From positions 15,128,001-15,192,000 of the forward strand of contig NC_043017.1 in NCBI RefSeq assembly GCF_006345805.1: DNA of 64,000 nucleotides, in the 5' to 3' direction. Below are positions 53,403 through 64,000 of the stretch, piece after piece. The DNA is from Octopus sinensis. Taxonomy: Eukaryota. The number at the start of each line of letters is the position of its first letter. Within the stretch, counting starts at the first letter, position 1. The notes under the pieces were generated by a model, which saw only the letters and a list, made by a program, of their open reading frames with translations, did not search any database and had not been told where the DNA came from. The position numbers and the translations under genes are program-made.

Positions 53403-54589
53403 AGGGTGCGGCGAATGAATTGTCGTCTAAATTACGCAAAAATGAAAATAACACTGATATATCATTTTAACAGATATATTTACCAAAATTACTTTTAAAT
53501 ATCTTGAAATTCTGAAGAGTAAATTTATTCAATAAAATCGCGATTGGCTTCAACCACGTCCTCCACACGACTTTGGAATCTCCTGCAACTCTTCTGGACG
53601 GTTTCCTTGTTTAAGTTGGTGAATGCTGCCATAAGCCTTGCTTTCAGTCATCTTCGGTGTTAAAAAGGAGTTTTGTTGCTCCCTTACTCAACTGCGCTCC
53701 ACACATAATAATCAAGGGGGTTGCAGTCTGGGAAGTTAGGTAACCAGATGTTAGGGGTGATGTGGTCGAAGAAATTGTCTGACAGCCATTACTGAGTTAT
53801 CCTGCTTGTGTGGCATGGTGCAGAGTCCTGTTGCCAGATATAGGGTCTTCCAGTAGCCACCCTGTTGACCCAGGGCAGCACAACCTCTTCCAGGCACTTG
53901 ATGTAGGCCTCCGTGTTGAGTCTAGGACCGTGAAGGAAGATGAATGGAGGCATAATGTTGACATCACTGGTGATCACTCCAAACTCCATGATGTTGATTG
54001 GCTGTTTGATTTTTATCACTCTCGGTACATTTTTTGGGGACACGGCAAGCCAACGGTTGTTCTGCGCTTTACCCATCTGATCATGGCAGACATTTCTCTC
54101 ATCTAAGAAAAACCAAAGCATTTTCGGTTGAGTTTCTTCAAAAGCTTCAAAACCCAGGCTTTCCTCTTGTCCTTGATGGCTTGATATAAAAATTGGCTCT
54201 AATGTCCCTGACGATGAACCTGATTGCCTTGGAGGTGATCGTTGTCAATCATGGCCTGGATCGCACCAACAAATTCAGGAATTTTCCGAGCTGCCGTACC
54301 TCCGTAATAACAATTAGACTCATCCAACTCTTTCCGAATGCTCTACACTGTCCTCAGATTGTCACCTAAATACTCTGAAATGTTCGTATTGGTGCTTCCG
54401 GTGCGAATGCCGAGAAGTACAGCATGTTGTTTCCAAATTTCTGGTAGAGTGGATTGCGTCATGGTGCTGGTTTTCTCACAGACGGTGCTCAACTGACTCT
54501 ACGTTACTGTGTAGTCGACAAAATCAAAAACAATTCGTATACGCGAAATTAAAATCATAAAATATTGACGATTTACTCATCGTACCCTG
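53403..54589 (-). mobile_element. maT (DD37D) Tc1/mariner-superfamily element, near full length, pseudogenised
   Basis: TIR-like ends agggtgcg / accctg|TA; WFFLDE..QQDSAPCH..(stop)..PDCNPLDY with exactly 37 residues between the second and third catalytic D. Confidence 0.85.
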
Positions 54590-54782
54590 TATTTATATAT
54601 ACATACATACATATATACATGTATATATCTATATATATAATATACATAAAAATTATATATGCATATATACGTACACATATATATGTATGTACGTACATAT
54701 ATGTACGTATATATGCATATATATTATTTATATTACTATATGATTGAACACCACGCATCCATTCCCAAGTATATATTCACAC

Positions 54783-54823
<41 letters not shown>

Positions 54824-55386
54824 AACACATACATACATATACACACATACATACAAACACATACATATACACACATACATAATACATACATGCATACATG
54901 CATACATACATACATACATACATATATACATACATACAAACACATACATATACACACATATATACATACACACATACATACACACATACATACATACTCA
55001 CACACATACATATATACACACACACATACATACATACATACATACATAATACATACATGCATACATACATACATACATACATACATACATACATACATGC
55101 ATACATACATACATACATACATACATACATACATACATACATACATACATACATACATACATACATACATACATACATACATACATACACACACATGCAG
55201 ACACCAGCCACATAATTTTCTGAAGATCTTGATCAGTAGTCAGGTACTTTGAAATTATCTTAAATTTTCTTAACTGTTGTGTTTTGTCAGCCCAAAGCTG
55301 TATAAAGACGTGGCAAGTGAGAGGAGTCAATCACTTCCTCCAACTGATAATAATAAACGACGTGATGTTAAACAAGGAGGAAAACA

Positions 55387-56251
55387 TGGCGTGTGTTCGG
55401 TCTAAATTTCACGAGTTTCTTTTTGTATGTCTCCTTTTTCAAGAATAGCGTTGATGAATCGTTGTACAGTCAATGGCGTTGGAGAGCATAAAGATTAAAG
55501 TTGTAGTTGACATGGAGAACTGGAAATCATCTGAATATTGGAAAAGAGTTACTTTACCATGATGATTCGCAACGGCCATGAAAAGGCTGTTCACTGCTTG
55601 TTAACATTGTAAAGTCTCTCAGGTGTGACATGGACAGCTGCAACAATTTACGAAGCCATGGTCTGCAGCAAGGGACACAGCAGGTGTTTTGATTGTGTCT
55701 GTGCGCCGAAATTCCTCCAGCAACTTATGAACAAAGCACCAGGCTCAATTCAAACGATTAAGTATAGCTGTTGGAGAGTATGGTCACACATTGCATGGGG
55801 AAAAGGTTGCTGCTGGGAAACCATACGACTAGGAGCAGCATTCGCTTACTTGGCATACCTCCGGACAGAGTTAAAAGGCAATGTCGGGTATTTCTACGAT
55901 TTCACCCCCACCCTCATCACCTAGCCTCCTAATTCCTCCGATTGAATTCGGGGCACGGTTGAGACAGACATCGACCGCTCTAACTCCAACAGTAAGGCCG
56001 AACTGGTTGCCAAGATCAAGGAGCTGTTCGAAAATCTTCCTGGGACACAGTGAGCGAAGTATGCAGAAGGATCCGAAGCTCTCCTCACAACTTAGTGGAA
56101 ACTGGGGGCAGCTACTTTGCGTTAACTATTACCTCTGAGCTAAAATCGATTGGATAGGTTTTGATTTTTTTTTTTTAATATATAGTTTTTTGGAAAGCGA
56201 AATTGTATTTTCTTTTCTTTTTAAGCAGGCAAATTTAGCCCAGACACCCTG
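55387..56251 (+). mobile_element. Second, internally deleted maT-like relic
   Basis: KVAAGKPY, FYDFT..PPNSSD, GTVE..KAELVAKIKE; right TIR aatttagcccagacaccctg; degenerate left TIR near 55387. Confidence 0.65.
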
Positions 56252-56259
56252 TGTGTGTA

Positions 56260-56366
<107 letters not shown>

Positions 56367-56547
56367 GTGGTGTAGATATATATGTGTATGTGTATGTACC
56401 TATATAACAAGAATAAGAAAGGAGAAAAATCCCATCTTTAATCGGTGATTACACCATACATTACCAGCAACAATCACTTCTATTCTACCTGGATTTGGTA
56501 ATCCGTTTTAGTTTATACACTCACACACTCATATATATATATATATA

Positions 56548-56586
<39 letters not shown>

Positions 56587-56589
<3 letters not shown>

Positions 56590-56778
56590 ACGCGGGGATG
56601 CTGAAAAGTTTCTAGCTTTAAGGGTATCACGAAAGACCTTGTTGGAGGCTAACATTCCGAGTTCTTCTAGAAGGCTGAGAAAAACTGAACGACCTCAGCA
56701 ATAAATGCATGAATCTGAGAGGGGAATATGTTGAAGAAAATCATACCCGAACCCAAGAACGTTTTAGCACACCCTTGT
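56587..56778 (+). mobile_element. Mariner-derived MITE
   Basis: TA|cacgcggggatgctgaaaagtttct left end; KCMNLRGEYVE C-terminal remnant; degenerate right end aacgttttagcacaccc. Confidence 0.65.
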
Positions 56779-56985
56779 GTGCATTTGTGGGGTGGAGGTT
56801 AGGCAATCCACCGTTCCTAGCAGGAGATTAGTGGAACTGTTAAAGAATGTGAGGCTGAGGTATGGCAGTACCAATTCCAGCTAGGAGCTTTCAGAGTTCA
56901 AGTCCGGCCCAATCACCAATAAGTCAGTGACACATCTGTGTGGAGTTGCGATTGTGTTCTATGGATGTGTGTGTGTGTGTGTAAA

Positions 56986-57256
56986 GGAGCAGGAATAACT
57001 GTCTTAAGAAGTCTGCTTTCTAAAAAAAGATCCAGGTTCATTCTCAGTGTGTGGCACCTGTGGAAAGTGTCTCCTATAGCTGCGAGCGCCCAAAGCCTTG
57101 TGAGCAGATTTCGTTGGCGGAAACTGAAAGAAACCCATCATGTACTCTGTGTGAGTGTGAGTGTGTGTGTGCGTGTGTTTCTCCCCCACCATCGTTTGAC
57201 AACCGGTGTTGGGGTGTTTACGTCTCCGTAAGATAGTGAATAAAGACAGGGAATAA
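56986..57256 (+). mobile_element. SINE family A, degenerate
   Basis: ggagcaggaataactg head; gtgtggcacc..aagtgtctcctatagc; ggaaactgaaagaa; tgacaaccggtgttgg. Confidence 0.75.
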
Positions 57257-57748
57257 ATAAAACAAAAATTAATAACTAAATAAATATACTGGGGTTCCTG
57301 TGTAAAATAAAAGTACTGCGTTGCCCCAGTATGGTCACAGTGTAATGACCGAAACCCGTAAAACAAGGCATCTCTATACCTGTATATATAAACCTTTGGA
57401 CGCTGAAACAGCTTCTTGCGATCCATCCATGGACATTAATTCACCAAAGGAGACACGGAAAGACACACACACACACACAGAAAGAGTGGTATATGTAAGG
57501 GGTGAGCGTGCATGCCACCACAACCACTTGGTCTGCTGGCGCCAACCGGGGGAGTCCAGTGTGCTGCATGGCTTCAGGCCGGTTCTCTGGTTTCAGTGTA
57601 GCTTGCCTCCCACCACCACCACCAGGGCCAGCGGTGCAGCGAAACAATCAGAACAGAAATAGAAAATACGTCTTACTATCAACCACATAAACGTGTGTGT
57701 GTGTGTGCGCGCGCGCTGCTTGTTTGTGTGTGTGTGGTTAAAGGACAG

Positions 57749-57779
<31 letters not shown>

Positions 57780-57941
57780 GATCGCCAAAATACACACACA
57801 TAAATATGCATACACACATACACTCAAATAAACACACAGCTGTTTCTTTTCATCGCTCTTCCTTTTTCCGCCACCGATATTAACATTATTGATATCATTA
57901 TGAGCAGTAGTAGTAGTAGTAGTAGTAGTGGTAGTAGTAGC

Positions 57942-57976
<35 letters not shown>

Positions 57977-57977
<1 letters not shown>

Positions 57978-58445
57978 TTCAAATTTTGGAACAGGGCCAT
58001 CTAACTCGCGGGAGAGGTACCAAGTCGATTACATCCCTCTTCCCACCCAGTATGCAACTGGCATTTTATTTTACCGACCTCCGAAAGGATGGAAGGCAAA
58101 GTCGACCTCAGCGGAATTCGAACTCAGAACGTAAGTACGGACGAAATGTTGCAAAGCATTTTGCCCGTCCTGCCAGCTCGACGCCTTCATAATAATCGTT
58201 TGTAAATATAGGCACAAGGTGCGGAAATTGTGCGGAGAATCCTTTCTACTGGAGGCACAAATTTGTGGGGTGGGTGCTAGTCGATTATATCGACCCCAGT
58301 GTTTCACTGGTACTTAATTTATCGACCTCGAAAGGATAAAAGCAAAGTCGATCTTGGCGGAATTTGAACTCAGAACGTAGCGACCAGCGAAATACCGCTT
58401 AGCATTTTGTCCACCGTGCTAACGATTCTGCCAGCTTGCAGCCTT
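57977..58445 (-). mobile_element. Two tandem SINE family D copies (57977-58187, 58200-58445) plus a third tail fragment (58483-58520)
   Basis: Each has aaaggat..gcaaagtcga..gcggaatt.gaactcagaacgta..ctgccagct. Confidence 0.85.
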
Positions 58446-58557
58446 AATTATAATGAAAATAATAAAAATGATAGTAATAATCCCTTCTAATATTGGCACA
58501 AGGCCTGGATTTGTGGGAATGGGGATAATAATGGTAATAATAATAATAATAATAATA

Positions 58558-58889
58558 ACAATGGCTCAGTGGTTAGAGCGTCGAGCTTACGATCGTGAGG
58601 TTGTGAGCTCGAATCCCGGACCGGGCTGCGTGTTGTGTTCTTGAGCAAGGCACTTTATTTCACGTTGCTCCAGTTCACTCAGCTGTAGAAATGAGTTGCG
58701 ACGTCACAGGTGCCAAGCTGTATCGACCTTTGTCTTTCCCTTGGATAACACTGGTGGCGTGGAGAGGGGAGGCCGGTATGCATGGGCGACTGCTGGTCTT
58801 CCATAAACAACCTTGCCCGGACTTGTGTCTAGGAGGGTAACTTTCTAGGTGCAATCCCATGGTCTGTGTCGTGACCGAAGGGGGTCTCC
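58558..58889 (+). mobile_element. Well-preserved tRNA-derived CORE-SINE (family C2)
   Basis: Box A TGGCTCAGTGG, box B-like GCTCGAATCC, CORE-like cttgagcaaggcactttatttcac..cactcagctgtagaaatg; ends gaccgaagggggtctcc. Confidence 0.85.
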
Positions 58890-59170
58890 GAATAACAATA
58901 ATAATAGCGTTATCAATAATATATTGTGGATCTTAACATGTATCGAAACATCAGAAATGGAACTGAAATATTGCACAGTTATATAGATCGGTGGACGTAT
59001 ATATGTGCCAATGTGTGTATTTGTATGTATGTAGGTATACATGCATGTGTATATGTATACATGTATCATACATCTACAAATATATATGAATATATGTATT
59101 TACATGTATACATGCGGAAACACCCACGGAAAAGCAGATACATATACATAGATATACCGATAGATATACC

Positions 59171-59210
<40 letters not shown>

Positions 59211-59755
59211 ATTTCATATACATACATTCATTTATATTGCAACTATTATCGATAGCAGCAAAATGTTTGTGCACGCGTTTTGTATGTGAATTATTCAAAT
59301 ATTTCTGTATGTTTATGCGTGTCTTTTTACGTGTGTGTGTGTGCGTGTGTGCATGTGTGTGTGTGCGTGTGTGTGTGTGTGTGTGCGTGTGTGCGTGTGT
59401 GCGTGTGTGTGTGCGTGTGTGTGTGTGTGTGTGTGCGTGTGTGCGTGTGTGCGTGTGTGTGTGCGTGTGTGTGTGTGTGTGTGTGCGTGTGTGCGTGTGT
59501 GTTGCTTGTTCACAAATTCATAACTTCCCACCCACCAATCCAAACTCACTTTCGCTCGCTGCTGAGAAACTTGTAAAAGTTTATAAGATCGATACACGCA
59601 CAGGTGTATACAGGTAGGCACCCCTGCATTGCATATTTCAGTAGTCTAGTAGTTTGTGTATACACCGGTTCATATATACCTGTATGAACTTATATGGGAA
59701 TGTAATATGTATGTACGTATGCATAAACAAATATTTACTCGCCTCCGTAAGTGTG

Positions 59756-59802
<47 letters not shown>

Positions 59803-60298
59803 CGTATATATATTCTAACGCAAGCATACTTCAACAGATTTTTACTCGCCATACGAGCGAATATACGCTCGAACAATATGCATCTCCCTGCTTCCCAACC
59901 CGTATATAATATCTACCTGCGCAAACTCCACACAGCTCGGCCCATGCGGCCCAGATCGTGGTTCATCACACAACTCCATCTCAATCAATATCTACATATA
60001 TGTATGTATATATATATATATATGTGTGTGTGCATGTTTGTATATGCGTATATATATATACACACACATGCACACACACACACACACGTCCATAAGGTAT
60101 ATGCATACGTATGCACCTGTAAGCTAAACATATTGTCAGAGGAAAACTACGAAAAGTTTGACTTACCTTGAGAAGATCTATTGAATGTTTATCAAGTATT
60201 CCAGGTGAGAATATATTCGTTACTGTCGAAAACTATGATCCATGAAACGGAATCCAAGAATCCAATCACGTTCGCAATAAATGGGGCTGTGGATTGTG

Positions 60299-60340
<42 letters not shown>

Positions 60341-60463
60341 TATATATGCAGGTAGGAATATATATAATTTTTTTGTGATTTTTTTTTGTTTATATAAGTA
60401 AATGTTCCAATTTATACTCTAATATATAGAAATATATATAATATATATTACATATATACATAT

Positions 60464-60530
<67 letters not shown>

Positions 60531-60762
60531 CACCGCTCACAACACAGAATGCACAAGTATACGCTTAGGCACGTATTAAACAAGACGCGCAAGATCAAAG
60601 CAATCTGGCTTTCTTTAAGCCCTCGAAATAGTTGTATAGTTGAGTTCTACTTCCTTATTCAAAGTTGTCACAGAATTTCTATGTATGCTTCTTTAGTTTT
60701 CCGCTGCCAACTATAAATTCTTTCCTTTATTAACGGCCAAATTGAGTGAATATGTCCTTCAG

Positions 60763-60935
60763 ACGGTGGACTGAATCTAAGGAGTGAAACTCTGGTTGTT
60801 TTCCTGGGCGAGAACAAGCAGCTTCTAACGGATTACCTTTACCTGGGAACTACGCTGGATTTCGCAACTGAACTTTCCGCTACACCTCCTCCTCCCCTCT
60901 TCGATAGATTCGCGCGAACCAAGCAAATCCAACAG
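60763..60935 (+). CDS. Candidate internal coding exon of an unidentified host gene
   Basis: tatgtccttcag|173 nt|CAG-gtgcgc; only one + frame open (phase 1 to 0): DGGLNLRSETLVVFLGENKQLLTDYLYLGTTLDFATELSATPPPPLFDRFARTKQIQQ; non-repetitive, higher GC; protein not recognised. Confidence 0.3.
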
Positions 60936-61227
60936 GTGCGCACATAACTCATGGAACTGGTGATACTAAGCCAGTGCGTAGACATATGCATACAGCTATG
61001 TGTGCAAATGTGGGTGTATTCTTATATACATACATACATGTGTGTGTGTGTGTGTGTAAATAAAGTGCCTCTTCTAATGAGTATCATTTAATATACGCAA
61101 AAAACTTTACCCAACACAGCTGCACGAAAAGCACGCAGTTCGGTATCTACACTCCTATATGCACACTTGTATATGAAATCGTCTCATATACATATATATA
61201 TATACATAAATATGTGTATATATATAT

Positions 61228-61295
<68 letters not shown>

Positions 61296-61376
61296 GTGTG
61301 TGTGTGTGTATAAATATATATATATATATGTATATATATATATGTATATACAAGTTTGGATTTATTCCCTAATATT

Positions 61377-61473
<97 letters not shown>

Positions 61474-61907
61474 ATATATATATGTGTGTGTGTGTATGAA
61501 TGAATGAATGTATGTATATATATATGAAGTATTAGCTGTTTTTACATTTCTTTTCTTTTGTAAAAATACTTTTATTTCTTTTTTTTTGCCAGTGGTTAAT
61601 AAAATATCAATTTAGCTGTTATAACAAACAATCAAATGTTTACACCTGCTTATCCACATAAAGCTGCTGCGCACGTGCATATATATATATATATATATAT
61701 ACTTAGGTGTAAAATTCCGAGAATGGTATCAATCAAACTTATCAATGAATACAGGTAGAGAAATATAGATTTAGGGAAATATTTGAAATATTTTGCGAAA
61801 TTTTGTAAAAAAGATAGAGATTTCTTTTCTTTTACTTTCGTTTTTAGTTCTACCTTTAGTTTTTTGGGGGGTTTTTTTTGTCGAAAACAATGTTGCCTAT
61901 CTTCCCC

Positions 61908-61951
<44 letters not shown>

Positions 61952-63083
61952 ACGCGCGCACACAAGTAGATAGATATAAATCCAATGACAACAGAGAATG
62001 TAATATTTACAACAATATCTCAGAATAATATAATCCAGCAAATTAACGAGTTTCTTTTTTTTTTCCTTTTCTTTTGTTTTCTTTTTCTGAAGAGATTTTC
62101 GTTTTGCTTTGTTTTTGTTTTTGGTCCTTTTCTTCTTTTTTAGTTCTTCATTCCTCCTTTTCTTCCTTCATTCGTTCTCCCTGTCCTTCTTCTCTCTCTT
62201 CTTCTTTCATTCTTTATCTCTGCTATCGTTCATAGAACTTTGCCCATCAAAAATAATTTCCTTTAACCTCTCTCTCTCTTCCTCTTTTCCTTTCTTCGAA
62301 ACTCTTCTTTTTCTTCCTTTCCTGCTGCTGCTGTTGCTACTGTTACAGCCGCTGCTGCTGCTGCTGCTGTGCTTCCTCCCCTCTCCTCCCTCCTACCCCC
62401 GCCTTCTGTATCCAATCCATATCTAATCTATAATCTCTGTCAATCCTGGATGACGGACTCGTCTCTATTTCATTCATTCCTTCCTTTCATGTTTCCTCTC
62501 TCTCTCTCCTACTTTTCACACTTTCTCCTTATCTCTTTCTCTCTCCCTCTCTCTTTCTTCTTTCTCTCTTTCTTCATTTCTTCTGCTAATCAATTCCTCC
62601 CGTCTCTGCCATCTGCCAGACTAAACTTACCTGTTGTTATTACTATTTTCTCGTTGTTGTTGTTGCTATTGTCCTCGCTTTTGTTGGTATTGTAGGTACT
62701 GTTGTTGTTGTTGTTCTTGTTCTTGTTTTCCTTGTTTATACTGAGTGCTTCCTGCCTTTTGTCTCCAGTTTGCATTTCTTTCGCGCTATCTACCCGTTCC
62801 TTCTCTATACTATCCACCCGGAATATTCCTAAAGTTATCCACATGGATTTCTCATACTCTCTCCTGCATTGTGCTGGCCCCACGGCTCGGTCTTCACACG
62901 TCTACCCTGATCTAACTCGTGTCTGACATCGGCCGATTCTATCCTATAAAATCCACCCGTCCACCTGGATCCACTCTTATCAACTAGCGTCAATCATTTA
63001 ATTCGCCCAAATAAACACATCAATGTACACTCATGCAATCAGAGCCATTCATACACACACGCACACACACACGCACACACACA

Positions 63084-63132
<49 letters not shown>

Positions 63133-64000
63133 ATTCCGTGTATGTTAAGAAACGCTGACGTGTTAAAGTTAGCAACTGTAATTGCAAGCTTTCTTCGCGT
63201 ATTTCGTGCATTGACAATAGAAAGTATTCTAATGTTGAAGGTACATAACAGCCCTTACCCCTTACCCGAAGGGAAAAACATGGGCATTGGATGGCATGTA
63301 TGTATTTTTGAATGTATTCATATGTATGAAAGTACGTGCGTATGTACGCATGTGTATATATGTATGTATGTGCCTGTTTATATGTATGTATCTATGTGTG
63401 CATGTTTTTATATATTTATATATGTATGTGTATATATGTATATGAGTGTGCATATATGTATGTGTGTGTGTATGTATGTATGTAAGTATGTATGTGTAAC
63501 ATGAGGCACAGATTAGCCTAGGGCTAGGAGAATTAGATGGAATGTCTGGTAATATTTATTCCGTTTGCCTGCTAGGAAAGTAACGTTCGGCTTCCAGAAA
63601 CAGCCCTTGAGTCTACTGTACGGACTGTGCAATCTTGTTGTCAGTTTAGCTGACCAGTTAAAATTTCGGATCGCCAACAGTACTTCTACGCAATGACCAC
63701 GGGACACCTCTATCTATGTGTGATCTGATAGAGCCACTCTGCATGCTCTATGTCCATGTGAGAGACCGGCTACATATCTGTTAGACAGCTGGAAGCGTCC
63801 GAGTAAACATTTAGTTCCCTTTTATTTTCATAGTCGCTGCCTCACTGAGCGGCTAAAATGCAATTCCAGTCGCTCGTTGTTATTTATAAGTGAGAGATTT
63901 TTTTTTATTTCTAGAAAGTTTATCGACGCCTAAAGAACTCAAGCTGCCCTTCCGTCCGCAGGACATAGACGGCTATCCGACTTAATGCAATGCCTTCTCT

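Noticed and set aside
58558-58635. tRNA-like sequence (also at 19280-19352 and 25830-25899)
   Set aside because: No complete acceptor stem and continuous with SINE bodies; these are SINE heads, not tRNA genes.
62590-62883. Minus-strand ORF ending at a CAG|GTAAGT donor (~62630); other isolated donors at ~39286 and ~60168
   Set aside because: Low-complexity (CAA)n content and no compatible exon chain; a 6-mer donor is expected by chance in 64 kb.

Overview
Gene-poor, AT-rich animal genomic DNA, most likely an octopus (Octopus sp.) intron or intergenic region. This is inferred from the extreme microsatellite load and the tRNA-Arg/CORE-type SINE families. There is one 100-N scaffold gap. No complete host protein-coding gene can be supported; almost all ORFs in the track are microsatellite translation artefacts. 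The window is a patchwork of mobile-element relics: about 20 tRNA-derived SINE copies in several head/body/tail combinations, LINE 3' fragments (Tx1/L1-like with zf-RVT, CR1, R4/Dong-like RLE type), an RTE-derived short element, three mariner relics (one fold-back), two maT (DD37D-type) relics, Tigger-, hAT- and mariner-like MITEs, and a non-autonomous Helitron. The most striking unexplained structure is a dispersed set of about 15 minimal type I hammerhead-ribozyme-like motifs (CUGANGA, stem II, GAAAC, palindromic stem III, NUH). The two best have intact cores (7014-7061 + and 40775-40858 -). Several others sit in long head-to-head inverted repeats followed by AATAAA, consistent with Penelope-like pseudo-LTR remnants. 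All calls were made by eye; nothing was searched or folded computationally.
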